Source: Podarcis muralis
Lineage: Eukaryota
DNA length: 64,000 nucleotides
Assembly (NCBI RefSeq): GCF_964188315.1
Contig: NC_135658.1
Span: 51,150,001-51,214,000 of the forward strand
Direction: 5' to 3'
The notes beneath the pieces are model-generated. The model was given only the letters and a program-made list of their open reading frames with translations. It searched no databases and had not been told where the DNA came from. Below are positions 1 through 12,086 of this stretch, piece after piece (the stretch's first letter is position 1; each line of letters starts with the position of its first letter). The translations under genes were made by a program, and so were the position numbers.

Positions 1-2490
1 CCCCATGTCCAAGCCCTGGGACGTTATCTAATGCAGGGGTAGGCAACCTAAGGCCCATGGGCCGGATGCGGCCCAATCGCCTTCCCAATCTGGCCTGCGG
101 ACGGTCCAGAAATCAGTGTGTTTTTACATGAATGTGTCCTTTTATTTAAAATGCACCTCTGGGTGATTTGTGGGACCTGCCTGGTGTTTTTACATGAGTA
201 GAATGTGTGCTTTTATTTAAAAAGCATCTCTGGGTTATTTGTGGGACATAGGAATTCATTCATATTTTTTTTCAAAATATAGTCCGGCCCACCACATGGA
301 CTGAGGGACGGTGGACCAGCGCACGGCTGAAAAAGGTTGCTGACCCCTGATCTAAAGCATCATGGCTATGAAAGTACTTCTTAGAACTCCATACAGCGAA
401 ATGTGCATCCCTCTTAATGGGAGAGAACCAAGATCTTAAGTGCTATTTTCAAACTGTTTCCTTAAAACAGTTTCTAAACAAAACAAAACTAATGTCCCGA
501 CAAAGTCTTTTCAAAATCTACATAACCATTAACAGTTCCTGAGTTTCTTTTCACTCTCAATATAAACCTTTAGCCCTAAACACATTCTCTTTGAAGCAAA
601 TGCCAAGGGAGATCACTAGGGCTAACTTCCAAGTAAACTGTTCAATGACTGAGGAGGTCAATGAATTTCCCATTTGTCACCGTGCTACACCTTTCCCAAG
701 TCAGAGCCTGAAGTTTTTGTTACATTAGAATCAATGTGGGACTGTTTCTCAGTTTCCTCAGTATAAACCTTAGGAATGATGTGATGCCATGCTCAGGGGC
801 TTCCAGTTTATTAGGGAGAAGGTAAGCAGAGCCACTGCAGGAAGACGATGGAGATCCATCTGCACCACAGCATAAGCAACACGTGTGCTCGTTTCAACAG
901 ACAGCTCTGAAGGTAAACCTGAAAAGAAGCTGGAAATGCCGCACTGCATTGTGAGTTGTCACTCACAATATATTAAGTTACATAGTACTGACACAATCAG
1001 AAGATAAGAGGACAGGAGCCCTAAGCTACATGAAGATGTTGGAGGTGTAAACTCCATCGTTTCAAGATGACCAGGACACTGAGAAAGGCTGCTTCTCAGT
1101 GCATTTGCTCATTCTGGGGAGGTAACCTTTTCACTGAACCCACATGGAGCCCAGTTCCACGAACCTCCCCATAGAATTTCAGAAAACAAACTGTAACTCC
1201 TGTCTTTTCTCCGACCAAAGAAAAAAGCAAAAGAAAAAAAGCAAACCTAGCATAGAGATTCACCCTAGAAAGAGATACTATATTTCCATTCAACTGTCTT
1301 TGATGTGTTAGTCACACAGTTGTTCTTCCTGTGTCAAGGAGTGTTACGACTTCTCACGGCATACAAACCACAATATTGACTGGCTGGGGAAATAAAATCC
1401 TCCCACAAGCTCACATATCCATTCCTATAGATTGTGTTGGTGGAATGCATCCATTTGGGTGCTGCAGGACCATATTGACCAATGCCTGTGACATCACTGC
1501 CAGTAAGAAACAGTTCCCCACGATGATGTTTTGTTATTTGCCACACACATATCACACCATGACATTCCACTTTGGTTTAGTCAGTTGCACCAATCGTGTT
1601 ACAGTGCAAGGAAAGGTGATCAAATTCAGTCACCAGTTTTGGTGATAGGGAGATAGTGCAAGTTTTGTGCTTGTGATTTTTTTTAGAGACAAGAATAGTA
1701 TAGTTATCGCTTACAGTTTATTTATATGCACGATTTATTTTAAGCTGCTTTGAGGGAGAAATGGCAGAATGCTCTAAACAAATAAATCCTCAGCCTAATG
1801 CATTCTGTGGAGGTAGGATATAAAGTTAAAATGACCTGAAAGACCATTGAGAGTTAAATCTGAAATGTGACTGAGGAATGCCTTTACAAAAACAGGAATG
1901 CCACAAGGCAATTGGTCCATATGCAAAGGGATTTTTAGAAAAGGCAGACACCAGGAACACTTGAGAACTAACATGGTTAGAGTTTTCTTTTATAATCACA
2001 GCTAGGTTATAACCTCTGTAGACTAAAAACAAAAGGAAAGATGGAATTAAGGCAAATATACAAACCTCAAAATGCATATATGACATGCATGCAATCCAGC
2101 CAGAGTTTAACACCTTTAAGGCCCACTGATATCTATGTAAAAAGTTAAGCAAAAGTTTGAATTGTTCCTACCTGAAACTGAAACTAGAAATGCTTGATTC
2201 TGCCTCAATCCTTCTCCAGATTAACTGCACAGGGAGGTAGTGAGAACATTGTGTCTCGGGGATTTTCTTGCTGGTTTGTTTAGGAGTAAATACCACTAGT
2301 CTACACACTATGCAATTTAATTATTATTTTTCCAAAATGCAACACTTAAAAGGGACAAAAAAATCCCTGGTGTTATTACATAAACTATAGCTTGCTCAGT
2401 GGAAAAGCGGGACAGGGGAGTGTTTGTGGAGAAGGATATATGCAGTTAAAGCTCATAGAAAATATTCACAAAGTATTTGACAATACTCAC
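1..2490 (-). other. APP: APP intron 3 (5' part; continues beyond the window)
   Basis: Starts at the gtgagt donor. No exon 4 sequence (VGEFVSDALLVPDKC) was found in 1-2490. Confidence 0.9.
34..349 (+). mobile_element. hAT (Charlie-type) MITE, family A copy 1
   Basis: TIRs CAGGGGTAGGCAACCT / AGGTTGCTGACCCCTG; 8-bp TSD atctaatg/atctaaag; internal ~60-bp tandem duplication. Confidence 0.9.
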
Positions 2491-2620
2491 CTAAGCACCT
2501 ATATGGAACTACAATGTGAGGGTGACTTCTGCATTGCTTCCATCCCCGCTTGCACCAGTTCTGGATTGTTACAGGTTGATTGGCTTCAACAACATTGGTA
2601 ATTTGCAGTTCAGGGTAAAC
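2491..2620 (-). CDS. APP: APP exon 3 (E1 domain, heparin-binding loop), [43 protein letters not shown]
   Basis: Not in the ORF track; found by manual translation. Acceptor taatag|GTT and donor TTAG|gtgagt. Length is 130 nt as in mammals. Confidence 0.99.
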
Positions 2621-2664
2621 CTATTAATCAAAATGCAAAGAGCAGTTAATTAAAATAAGAGACA

Positions 2665-2665
<1 letters not shown>

Positions 2666-2704
<39 letters not shown>
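2666..2704. repeat. (ATT)13 microsatellite
   Basis: Direct read. Confidence 0.97.
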
Positions 2705-2904
2705 TACAGGTATGCATATTTATTTATAATAGAATGCTGAAAAACATTTCCTTAGTTCCTCCGTGCAAACACTGCCTAAAATTTTGGAACCTCTTTTTCT
2801 TGATTATTTTCAAGGGAAGATTAGATAAAAATTCATGCAGGAGGCACTGAATGCAGGAAATGAATGAATAAATGCGTATTTGGAGCTGGAGGTGGCATGG
2901 TTTT

Positions 2905-4300
2905 GTTTTGTTAACATATTTTTATTAAAAATTCCTTGGTTTACAAAAGCATATGTGCAACGTTTCTTTTTTCAAGTTACATTTTCTACAGATCAATTTC
3001 ATTTGTTGAGACATTAGTGTTACATTAAGAAGAAAAGGAGGAAAGAGGTGGGGGCATTTTTACTGAGGTTTGTGAAAACATATTAACATTCTAGTACACA
3101 CCAGCCTATCCATAGTGCATTTTGCAAGGAGGGAGTTGTGGAGCTATGTTTGCAGGGGCGATTTTCCTGTACTTGTTTCTGAACACAGGGGCAGTCATTT
3201 TATTGAATTTACATACAATTTACATGCAACAAAGAAAATAATCATATACCTCCTCAATGAAATGTTAATTTATGGCTAAATAAATTTTGTCCCCAGATTT
3301 AGATACTTAATTCCTTGTACCATCTTGTTGTAATGACCATGTCCATACATTAATGATGCTGATTTCTTGTAGTTTTCTGTAAGAATGATCCATTATGTTT
3401 ACAGCTTGTGTGTTCATAAAAGTCCAATAAATATATTTCCAAAACCACAAAGGCAGTCAGTCGTGTTTCACATATCCAAGGAAAGCAATGTTATTCACAG
3501 CATCAGCAATTCATCTTCCCCCCCACAATCAAAATTATTAACCAGCGTAATACATCTCTTCCTTTCTTCATCCCATGTTTTGGTTTAATAACTACAAAAA
3601 TAAGAAACTCTCCAGTGGGACTAGCAAACAAAAAGGCAGAAGCCATGTGGATGCAGTAGGGTCACATAGGAGGAACCAACATGAGCATCAGAAGTCAGGC
3701 TGGGAGCCCAACCTCCATATGCATATCCAAGATATTTATTCTGTGAACCGCCCTGAGAACTCTGGGTATAGGGCAGTATATAAATTCAATAAACAACAAC
3801 AACAGTGGACCACCATATCAAATCCCAAAGAACTGGGCTGTAGGAGTGGCTTATCAAGTGGTTGGTTACAAGCACATCACAATTAATTACCACTCAATAA
3901 AGAGTAGTGTGCCCATACCTACTGTGGTATAGGCACTGGATCAAAGGTGCACTTTGATGATAGAGATTACATACTGTCCATCTGTTTCAGTGGTCAAGAA
4001 ATGGTTTTAAAGGACTAGCAATCTATACAAAATACTTCAGGGAAAAAATGTTGCCCCTGATTTTGTGCACAAAATGAACAGGTTTTGTTAGAAGGAAGAC
4101 TACTGGGAACAATAATTTTTAAAAAAGATTTTCTTACCAAAAATTTGAAGAATGTTTGGAAGATACAGCATGCCAGCTGTTGACAGAAGTGAATTATGGA
4201 GCCTGAATTTGCTTCTTTGTAGTGTTCCAAGCACAATTCAAGTGGCTGCTATTAATCTGTGAAGCCCTAAATTGCTTGGACTCCACACACCTTCCGTGTA
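2905..4300 (-). mobile_element. Possible very old L1-type LINE remnant
   Basis: T-rich end at ~2905-2930. Minus-strand translation near 4150-4210 gives TLQRSK...GMLYLPNI, reminiscent of the L1 ORF2 GGL.LPN region. Heavily degraded. Confidence 0.3.
3742..3803 (+). mobile_element. L2-type LINE 3' tail
   Basis: tgtgaaccgccctgagaactctgggtatagggcagtatataaat...(caa)n. Confidence 0.65.
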
Positions 4301-4921
4301 CTTAATTTCTGAAATGGGAAATGCCCAATTCTAATTTTTCAGCATATGCTTTATTATAGTTCCTTCTCCTATTACTCATTTTCCATACACAACAATGTAT
4401 CATCAATCACACAGACGCACCTACTTTAAGATGCAGTAAATATACGCATTCTGCCATTTTTATTGCACGCCTTGAGGAGGAGGGGGTTACCCAAGATCTC
4501 ATAAAGAACCAGCGTTATGTGCTTAAATGTATTTTCCACTCTGTATACATATAGCTGACTTTGGCTATTAGAATTAAATTTCCCACCCCCGTGTCACCTT
4601 TTACCATTGACTGATGTAGAAAAACAAAACAAAGACAGGCTCCATGTTGCAGATTGAACAAAACAGATGAAGGGAATATATTCCATTTCCCTGTAAATCA
4701 CAGGTCTACCTGCTGTATGCTGTTGGAGTAGCCTTCTCTCACCATCCACTGAATTAACATTTATGGGATGGAGAGCAGATTCTAATTCTAATCCAAACTT
4801 CTTGTGTAGCATGGAAACAGAAAATCTATGGCACTGATTCACAGGGTAAATCATTCAATATATTAACTAAGGCAGGGTTAATCTCCCCACAGAAGAAATA
4901 GTTGTTGTTTTTAATGTGTGC

Positions 4922-4924
<3 letters not shown>

Positions 4925-4962
<38 letters not shown>

Positions 4963-4964
4963 CG
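4925..4964. repeat. (TG)15(CG)5 compound microsatellite
   Basis: Direct read. Confidence 0.97.
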
Positions 4965-5819
4965 CCATACACTCCACAACTCTAAAATCTAGCTTGGGTA
5001 GCTAGTCAAGCAAGTCAATTATTCCACAGCAGCAGGAGCATTTTGTATATTTCAGATACAACTCATCTCCCAGATGTTGAAGCAGCTGTTGTGATTTCGA
5101 AAAAAAATAAAATTCTCTCCGAGGTGCAATCTCTTAAGAGCAGCATAGGGGCTGCATTTTCCTACAACAGACAGTAAAGTGCTTGAAAAGATTACTACTC
5201 CGTTAAGAAATCCCTGTAGACTACTGATGCACTGCTTGGTTCTAGCATTCACCATTTAAACTAGCACGAATCAGAAGTCTGTATGATGTAATATTTCTGA
5301 AACACATGATGTCATGGCAGCACTTAAAAAAGAATCCTGTTTACAAATAGCAAGGCCCATCATGAGAAGGTTTAGCTGCCAGTTTTAAAAGCTGTGTAAT
5401 AACACTAAGGAAACAAGAGTGCATATTCCAGAAGATCTTAAACCTAGGAGAGAGAAGGCTGTGAGCACACAGATTCCCTCCATCTTGCATGAAAATTCCC
5501 CTGTTATCCTCAATTCCTAACCATGGTTATGCTGGCACCAGTATTAAAGACAACAGATGAGAGGCAGGTAGAAGCCACATGCATGAGGAGGAGGAAATGG
5601 GATATGACCCTGAGGCTCATTTCCTCCAACACAAATAATTCTAAATTAATGAATTAAAATAGAACCTGAGCCAAGATGACCATAACTGGCAAAATCAGAG
5701 GTCAACACGACTGGAAGTAAACCTTACCTATGTCACCCACAGTATATATTCTTTGCCTTGTGCTGGCAAGCAAGATTATTCCTGCATCTTACATGGATCA
5801 TTTGATGCAGCCGCTACAC

Positions 5820-6039
5820 CAGGGATGGGGAACAGGACCTCCCACCTGTCAATCCCCTAACATTGCAATGGCACCCATCCTGAGGAACAGCCAGAAGCAA
5901 TTTAATGCTCCCAGCTGGTCCTTGGCAGACGAGTTGCCACCTGCCCCACACTCGATGTCACACAGGTGGGCATGGTTTGGGGGAAATGGCCTCATGGGTG
6001 GAATTATGACCTAATTAGGAAGTAGGTTCTCCATCCCTG
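5820..6039. mobile_element. hAT MITE (old)
   Basis: TIRs CAGGGATGGGGAAC / GTTCTCCATCCCTG; degenerate TSD cgctacac/agctacat. Confidence 0.65.
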
Positions 6040-6717
6040 AGCTACATATGACTATATAGAAGGCTCTCTTCACATGTATTGAAAAGTAGCAGTTCAATGA
6101 ATAAAGGTCTCTTCCAGCCAGCCAGCCTTGAGGTTCTTAGGACAACAGCATCTCCTACAGAAAGCAACTGAACATTCTACTCCATCATGTCTATCTTATG
6201 AGTTTGGAAGAGGGTTAATTTTCTGCCTGTACTACCTTGTCTTATTACGTGACCTAAGTATTTTATCAAGGTCATTTTAAAAAACGGAATCTTTTCTTTA
6301 TGGAACTTAGCATTTTTGGCCCACACAGTCTCCCATCACCTGATGCATACTGAGGTCATACTGTCCTACCATCTCTGTAGGCACAACCATCTTATTTCAC
6401 TCTATTAAAGCAAGTGAAGATGGTGCATCTTGACTTGAGCACAGAATGTCAAGTGGCAGGCATTTAACATATATCCCTTATTTGGTGCTGAAAGTCCAGC
6501 CCTCATCTAGCTTAAAATGGCTGTATGATGGGTTCTTCACTATGTATTACAACAATGCCACCCACAAATATCCTTGGCAGACACAGAAGCTATCCAAGGA
6601 ACAAAAGAGATCAGTGTGGTAAGCAACACTGTTTAACAGAAGTGGAATGACAGCGTCACAACAGAGATATTGTTCTCATGAGTCACCACATCACAGCCAT
6701 AACATGTTGAATATGAA

Positions 6718-7757
6718 TAGGGCTGGGCGATATTAGGTTTTCAACATCGCGGTATATCACCAGCCAAACAGTTTGGCGATATCCTGCAATGTTGAAAAGA
6801 GCTACATTGGCCCCAGCCTGCGAGGCCCTGGGTGAGACTGCTTCAGCTCTCATTGCACAGGAGCTGAGGTGTTTTCACCCCAGTGCCTTGCAGGTGAGGG
6901 GTGCGAAGGCTCCCACCCTCTACCACCCAAGATGGAGGCAGCCCTGTGACGGAGCCTGACAGGCTCTGTTTGCAAGGCTCCCTTCGCCGGCAAGGTATGA
7001 GGGCGGATAAGTGGCCTCCTTTTCTTGGGAGAAAGAGGCCGCTTGCTCTCCCCCGCATGCCCAAAGATGGAGGTAGCACCGTTACGGAACCTGACAGGTT
7101 CCGGAGTCAGGGCTCCCTTCGCCTTCGCTGACACAGTCCTCTCAGCCAGGGAGCACAAAGACACACCCCCAGCAAGACTCTCCGCACTGAGCCTCCTGCT
7201 CCCCAGCTGAGGGAGCCCAAATCCTTCTCCTGCTTGCATGCTGTCAGGAGGAGGATCGGGGCTTCTCAGCTGGGGAGCACGAAGCCCTCCCCTCAGCTGA
7301 GGGAGCCCGGATCCAGATCCTGCTCGGATGCAAGTGGGAGAAGCATTGGAGCTTCCCCCAATTGAATGGAGCCCCCACCCTGCCGCTGGCTCATGCGAGC
7401 TGGTGGCGGGTTGGGGGCTCCATAAAACTGCTTGGCTGAGACGAGCCAAGCACTTTAAAGAAAAGGAGAGAGGAAAAAGCTGTATTTGCACCTGGCTGAT
7501 GCAGCTTGATTCTCCCTCTGCATGAGGGGCAGACTGCAATGGAGGTTTCACTCAGCAGTATATTGCTGATGATAATGAAGTGGCTCTGAGTCCCTCTGCC
7601 CTTAGCTGCAGCTTGTTTTTCCCTCACTGTGCTGGGCGCTGGAGGGACTCAGGAGCAGTGGTGGTTTCACTAGCAATATACTGCTGAATAAAATCACCAT
7701 TGCGGTCTGACCATCATACCAGTCCTGGGTGATATATCAATATATCACCCAGGCCTA
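6718..7757. mobile_element. Non-autonomous hAT element (~1.04 kb) with GC-rich, internally repeated body
   Basis: TIRs TAGGGCTGGGCGATAT / ATATCACCCAGGCCTA; TSD aatatgaa/aatatgag; internal ~135-bp and ~21-bp repeats; no transposase motifs. Confidence 0.82.
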
Positions 7758-9645
7758 AATATGAGTGGCGGTCATAGCTTCATGGGTAATTTTTGAGGGG
7801 CCACATGTCAGCGGTGAGCAGGCCCAAAGCCACTCAACCCCCCCCCCCCATTCACCCTCATACACCCATGCCACATTCACACATACAACCACACACACTG
7901 GAATGGCCTTTAAAAAACTCTGTGTTCTTTCAGGATGTTCTTAGTCCCTTATGCATTTTGTTCCTAGTTTCCCCCACCTTTTCTCCTGGGAAAGAGTGAT
8001 AAAAAAGGTAGTGGAGATTCATAAATATAGAATTGCTACAAGCCAGCAGTTTTTGCAATTACAGCAGTCACCACTGCTTGAATTCTGAAAATTCAACATC
8101 TTCCCTCTCATATTTCTAAGTCTCCGCCTATGAAGGCTTAGTTAAAAGAACAGTAAATGGAAATAAAACAACCAAACACAAATTCGTAACATCTCAAGGT
8201 TTTTGTGGAGCAGACTTATGATTCCTACATATCTGTAATTTGGATTACCAGTGCTTTTTATTGCCCCAATAAATTAGCTGGCAAACGCAGCTGCAAAGAG
8301 AAGGCTTTTTTCAGACACTTCCCAAACGTTAAGAAAATTGCTCATGAAAACATCATCCAGGGAACTTCTTCAAAGACACTCATATTGGAGAAACTTCAAC
8401 CAGAGCTTGAAGGGAAAGTTCTCTACAGACAGAAAGGCTTGTAGTTTAAAAGGAGAAAACCACAAGCTCTATTCTGGTATTCAAATCTCCTCACATGTAA
8501 ACACAAAGGAGAAGCAAGGCTGTGCTGCCAAACCCCACCCCCTCCAACAGTTTAGAGCCCTCCAGGAAGGTGACAGTGACTGAAGGAGAGAGCCTCCTCT
8601 TCTTCTGGAGGCTTCTCACACAATTAAGAAGACTGCACAGTGAGGGTCCTGTACTTTTTAAGTCCTTCATCAAAGAAATGAGATGCATTTCATGGACCTG
8701 AAGTTTCTTCATATGAGTTCTAGGGACAAGTTCATATATGCAAACTCCTGATCATATACACCAGAACATCAGCTTAAACTGGACCCTGAGACTACACCCA
8801 GAGACAGCCTTCAGCAATTTCCGGGGCTGCACTTCAGCTAGCCTGCTTTATCATCTCTACACTGGTTCACACCAATATTTCTCCTTTCAGAAGGGTGCCT
8901 ATTGCTATACTGTGAGGAAATGAGATTTTTGGTGGTCTGAGAACTCAAATGAGCAGGAGTAAGACAGCAAATACCTTGTTCTGATTGTCTTTACCTTGCA
9001 GGTTTTCCTCAGAGTGCAACACAAAGATCACAAATTCTGCCTTGTTTAAGAGATGGCCACACACAGGCATTTCCAAGCCTGAGCTCCCTCTCTATGAAAG
9101 GTTCCAGAGTCCCAGCTTTGTTTTGTCACTTCCTTCTTAATTTAGAGATTCCATGAGCCCCCTTCATATGCAAATCACTTGAAAGGGGCATCACACAATT
9201 ACTGGGAAAGCCTCTGTGATGCATCTGCATTGAGAATGCCAGCAGAACATTTCCCCTCCCAGTAATTGCATGAAGGGAGCTATAGTCACTTGGCATTCCC
9301 TAGTATTCCAGTGGGACAGCACAGAAGTGGGTCCAAATCTATTACGGCTTTATAGAAACCATTGGTGAATTGAAAGAAAGATAAGCATAGCAGAATTGCA
9401 AATTATAAAGATGTTTGCAGCTAACCATAAGTGCTTCTCACTGGAGGAATTTTAACAGGTACCCCAAATGCTCTCAGCAAATCCTCGCCCACATGGGGAT
9501 TGCACAAACCCAGTGTTGACCCTCATCACTCAAACTAGCTTACGTGGCTTTAACAGCAAGTACTGAAAGTGGAAAGGATTTTACTCTAGGTGGTGGTTGG
9601 AAGCCCATCTAAAAAGGGCTTATGTAATGAAGAAAGGCTCAAGAG

Positions 9646-9968
9646 CAGGGGTCAGCAACCTTTTTCAACCATGGGCTTGTCCACTGTCCCTCAGACCATG
9701 TAGTGGGCTGGACTATATTTTTATAGGGGGGAAATGAACAAATTCCTATGCCCCACAAATAACCCAGAGATGCATTTTAAATAAAAGCACACATTCTACT
9801 CATGTAAAAACACCAGGCAGGCCCCACAAATAACCTAGAGATGCATTTTAAATAAAAGGACACATTCTACTCATGTAAAAACATGCTGATTCCCGGACTG
9901 TCTGTGGGCCGGACTGAGAAGGCGATTGGGCCGCATCTGGCCCACGGGCCTTAGGTTGCCTACCCCTG
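9646..9968 (-). mobile_element. hAT MITE, family A copy 2 (inverted)
   Basis: Same TIRs in the opposite orientation; perfect TSD ctcaagag at 9638-9645 and 9969-9976. Confidence 0.93.
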
Positions 9969-10654
9969 CTCAAGAGTCAACCACTGCCTACGGCCCAACT
10001 TAAGTGGGAGTGATACTCTGGGTAGAGTCAGAGATCTTCAAAACCTCTCCTCTTCACTGTACCAATCAAGAGATCTGAGTACTGTAACTTTATTAGGCAC
10101 CTGAGCCCCTCACTCTGAGGCCTGATGTCTACATCCATCAGAATGGGAGTAACAGAATGGATTGTATAACATCAGCATAAAGTAAAAGGGGTGGAGTGTG
10201 AGTTCTCAGAAATGCTAGCAGAATAAGGGATGGTTGCTCACAGAGCCTGTACCCAACAAGTCAGTTGTTACTGTTTTGATTTAAACCAGCAAACTTTTAA
10301 AAAAGACGTGGAAGAGTGATAAAAACTGGCATCCTTCACCTGCAGTCTGAAGGGGTATGGAACATGCTGCCAACTCAGGATTCTAACATTTCATTTTGTT
10401 GCAAGAAAGTGGGGTGTTCTTTTTTTCCTTTCCCCCCAAAGCACCTCAGCTACTGTGAAATTTGCTTGTTTTGCCTCACAAATGGAATGAATTGCTAAAC
10501 TGCAAAATAAAAGGAGAGTCTTCGAGTTTTGAAACTAAGATGGAGGTCATAAAAATAAGTACCGTAAGTTAAGCTCTCAAGGTGCCAGTTTTCTATTTCT
10601 AATTTAAAGTGGTGGGAATTCTCAGTCCTCCTATGAATTTAAAAGCCACTTCAA

Positions 10655-10930
10655 TCAATTGTTTATTATACAGTCACAGACCAGTTTAAAAAGAACAAAG
10701 AATAATAACACAATAATTAAAACATATACATTGAAAATAAAACATAATGCAAATAATAAAAACAAAAAAATTCAAATTGCAATTAAAATGAGAGTTATAA
10801 GCGGCTTTTGCACACATCTATGAAAGGTCCGATTAACCTTGTCTGCAGCGGAGTGAGTGAGTGAGAACCTCTCTGGTTTTGAAAAGCATTTTCACTTTGC
10901 TAAGGTCTTTTTGGGCCACAAAAAAGGAAA
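10655..10930 (-). mobile_element. Possible LINE 3' end fragment
   Basis: Minus strand ends ctggtctgtgactgtataataaacaattgatt, typical of squamate LINE tails. Family not determined. Confidence 0.3.
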
Positions 10931-11020
10931 GAAACTAAAACCTGGATGACTACTAGAAACATCCGTATGTTACAATGTAGGACAGCTTCAGCTGTTTAAA
11001 TTCTTTGAATTTTGTTGCAC

Positions 11021-11083
11021 TAAAAATGATTAAAACATTAAATGATTAAAATGATTAAAAATGATTAAAAAATGATTAAAACA
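11021..11083. repeat. (An-TGATT) short tandem repeat
   Basis: Five TGATT units separated by A-runs. Confidence 0.9.
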
Positions 11084-12086
11084 CAATATTTTTGGAGGCA
11101 GGGAGAGGAATTATTAGAAACAAAGTTTCCATGAAAAAAAATCCTAACAAAAATGCATTTTAACCTACTATTTCCATTTTAAAAGGTTACATCAGATTGC
11201 CTCCTTCCCTCCTATGTAGACTGCTTCTCTCCCCTCCCCATGTCCTATTTCTCAGGCCTTCATGAGAAAACCACAACCGCTATCTGCTATGTAAAGATTC
11301 TCCAACAATATCAGAGGGCCTTATTACATATCACTTCACTTGTACTTGCCCATCGTAATTTAATAAAGTCAACCTTCTATTATAAACAGCAAAATATTCT
11401 TACAAAAAAATGCTGATTGACATTTTCCCCCGACGGTCTTCCTGACGAACACATTTTTTTAAAAAAACCATCCTTTTATGTCTTCTTCCATCAAAGCTTA
11501 GCAATTAGTTTATGTATCAATCCACACATTGTCTAAACGAAGAATTCCTGAACTAGTTTCAGTGCAGAAATGGCCTCTAGATACTGTTGGGTAATGTATT
11601 TTTTACTAGGTCCAATAGCAGAACTAGCCTACTTTGAACAAATGTTGCATAATGACAAGAGAAAGCACAGAGTATAAAGAACCCTTCTGTTCTATTTTGT
11701 TTCAATGACAAGCCTCCTAATTTCTTCTGACAGGGCATAGAAATAAGGCTTTGTGCAAGTCTACAACAGAAAAGCAGTTTTGAGTTTCTCAACTTAATCA
11801 AATACCAGTAGCACAGATCTTGGGAAACAAAGGTTCCCATAAGGCATTTCAACCTAAGTGACATTAGGTCATCACGATCACAGTTTGTAATAAAATCAAA
11901 TCCCTGTTTACAGTCAATGGGATTGGGCTGGCTAAAAGACTCGAACTTTTGGCTTGGCAAATCCCAAAAGCTTTATTGATAAAATCAGCACTGTCTCATC
12001 AGCTCTAACAACAGGATACATAGTTCAATGGTTCATGTAGACCGCTAGGAAACATGGCTAGCCATAAGCACAGATGTTGTCCTAAC

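Noticed and set aside
1096-1293. ORF containing LVGE after a pyrimidine tract, as a candidate for APP exon 4
   Set aside because: The sequence after LVGE does not match FVSDALLVPDKCKFLH, and there is no good donor. The match is coincidental.
6850-7551. 233-aa minus-strand ORF with internal peptide repeats
   Set aside because: Lies wholly within a TIR/TSD-bounded non-autonomous hAT. The peptide repeats mirror the DNA repeats, and there are no DDE or BED motifs.
11577-11960. 127-aa minus-strand ORF in intron 2
   Set aside because: No recognisable homology or splice signals, and the composition is typical of random intron ORFs.
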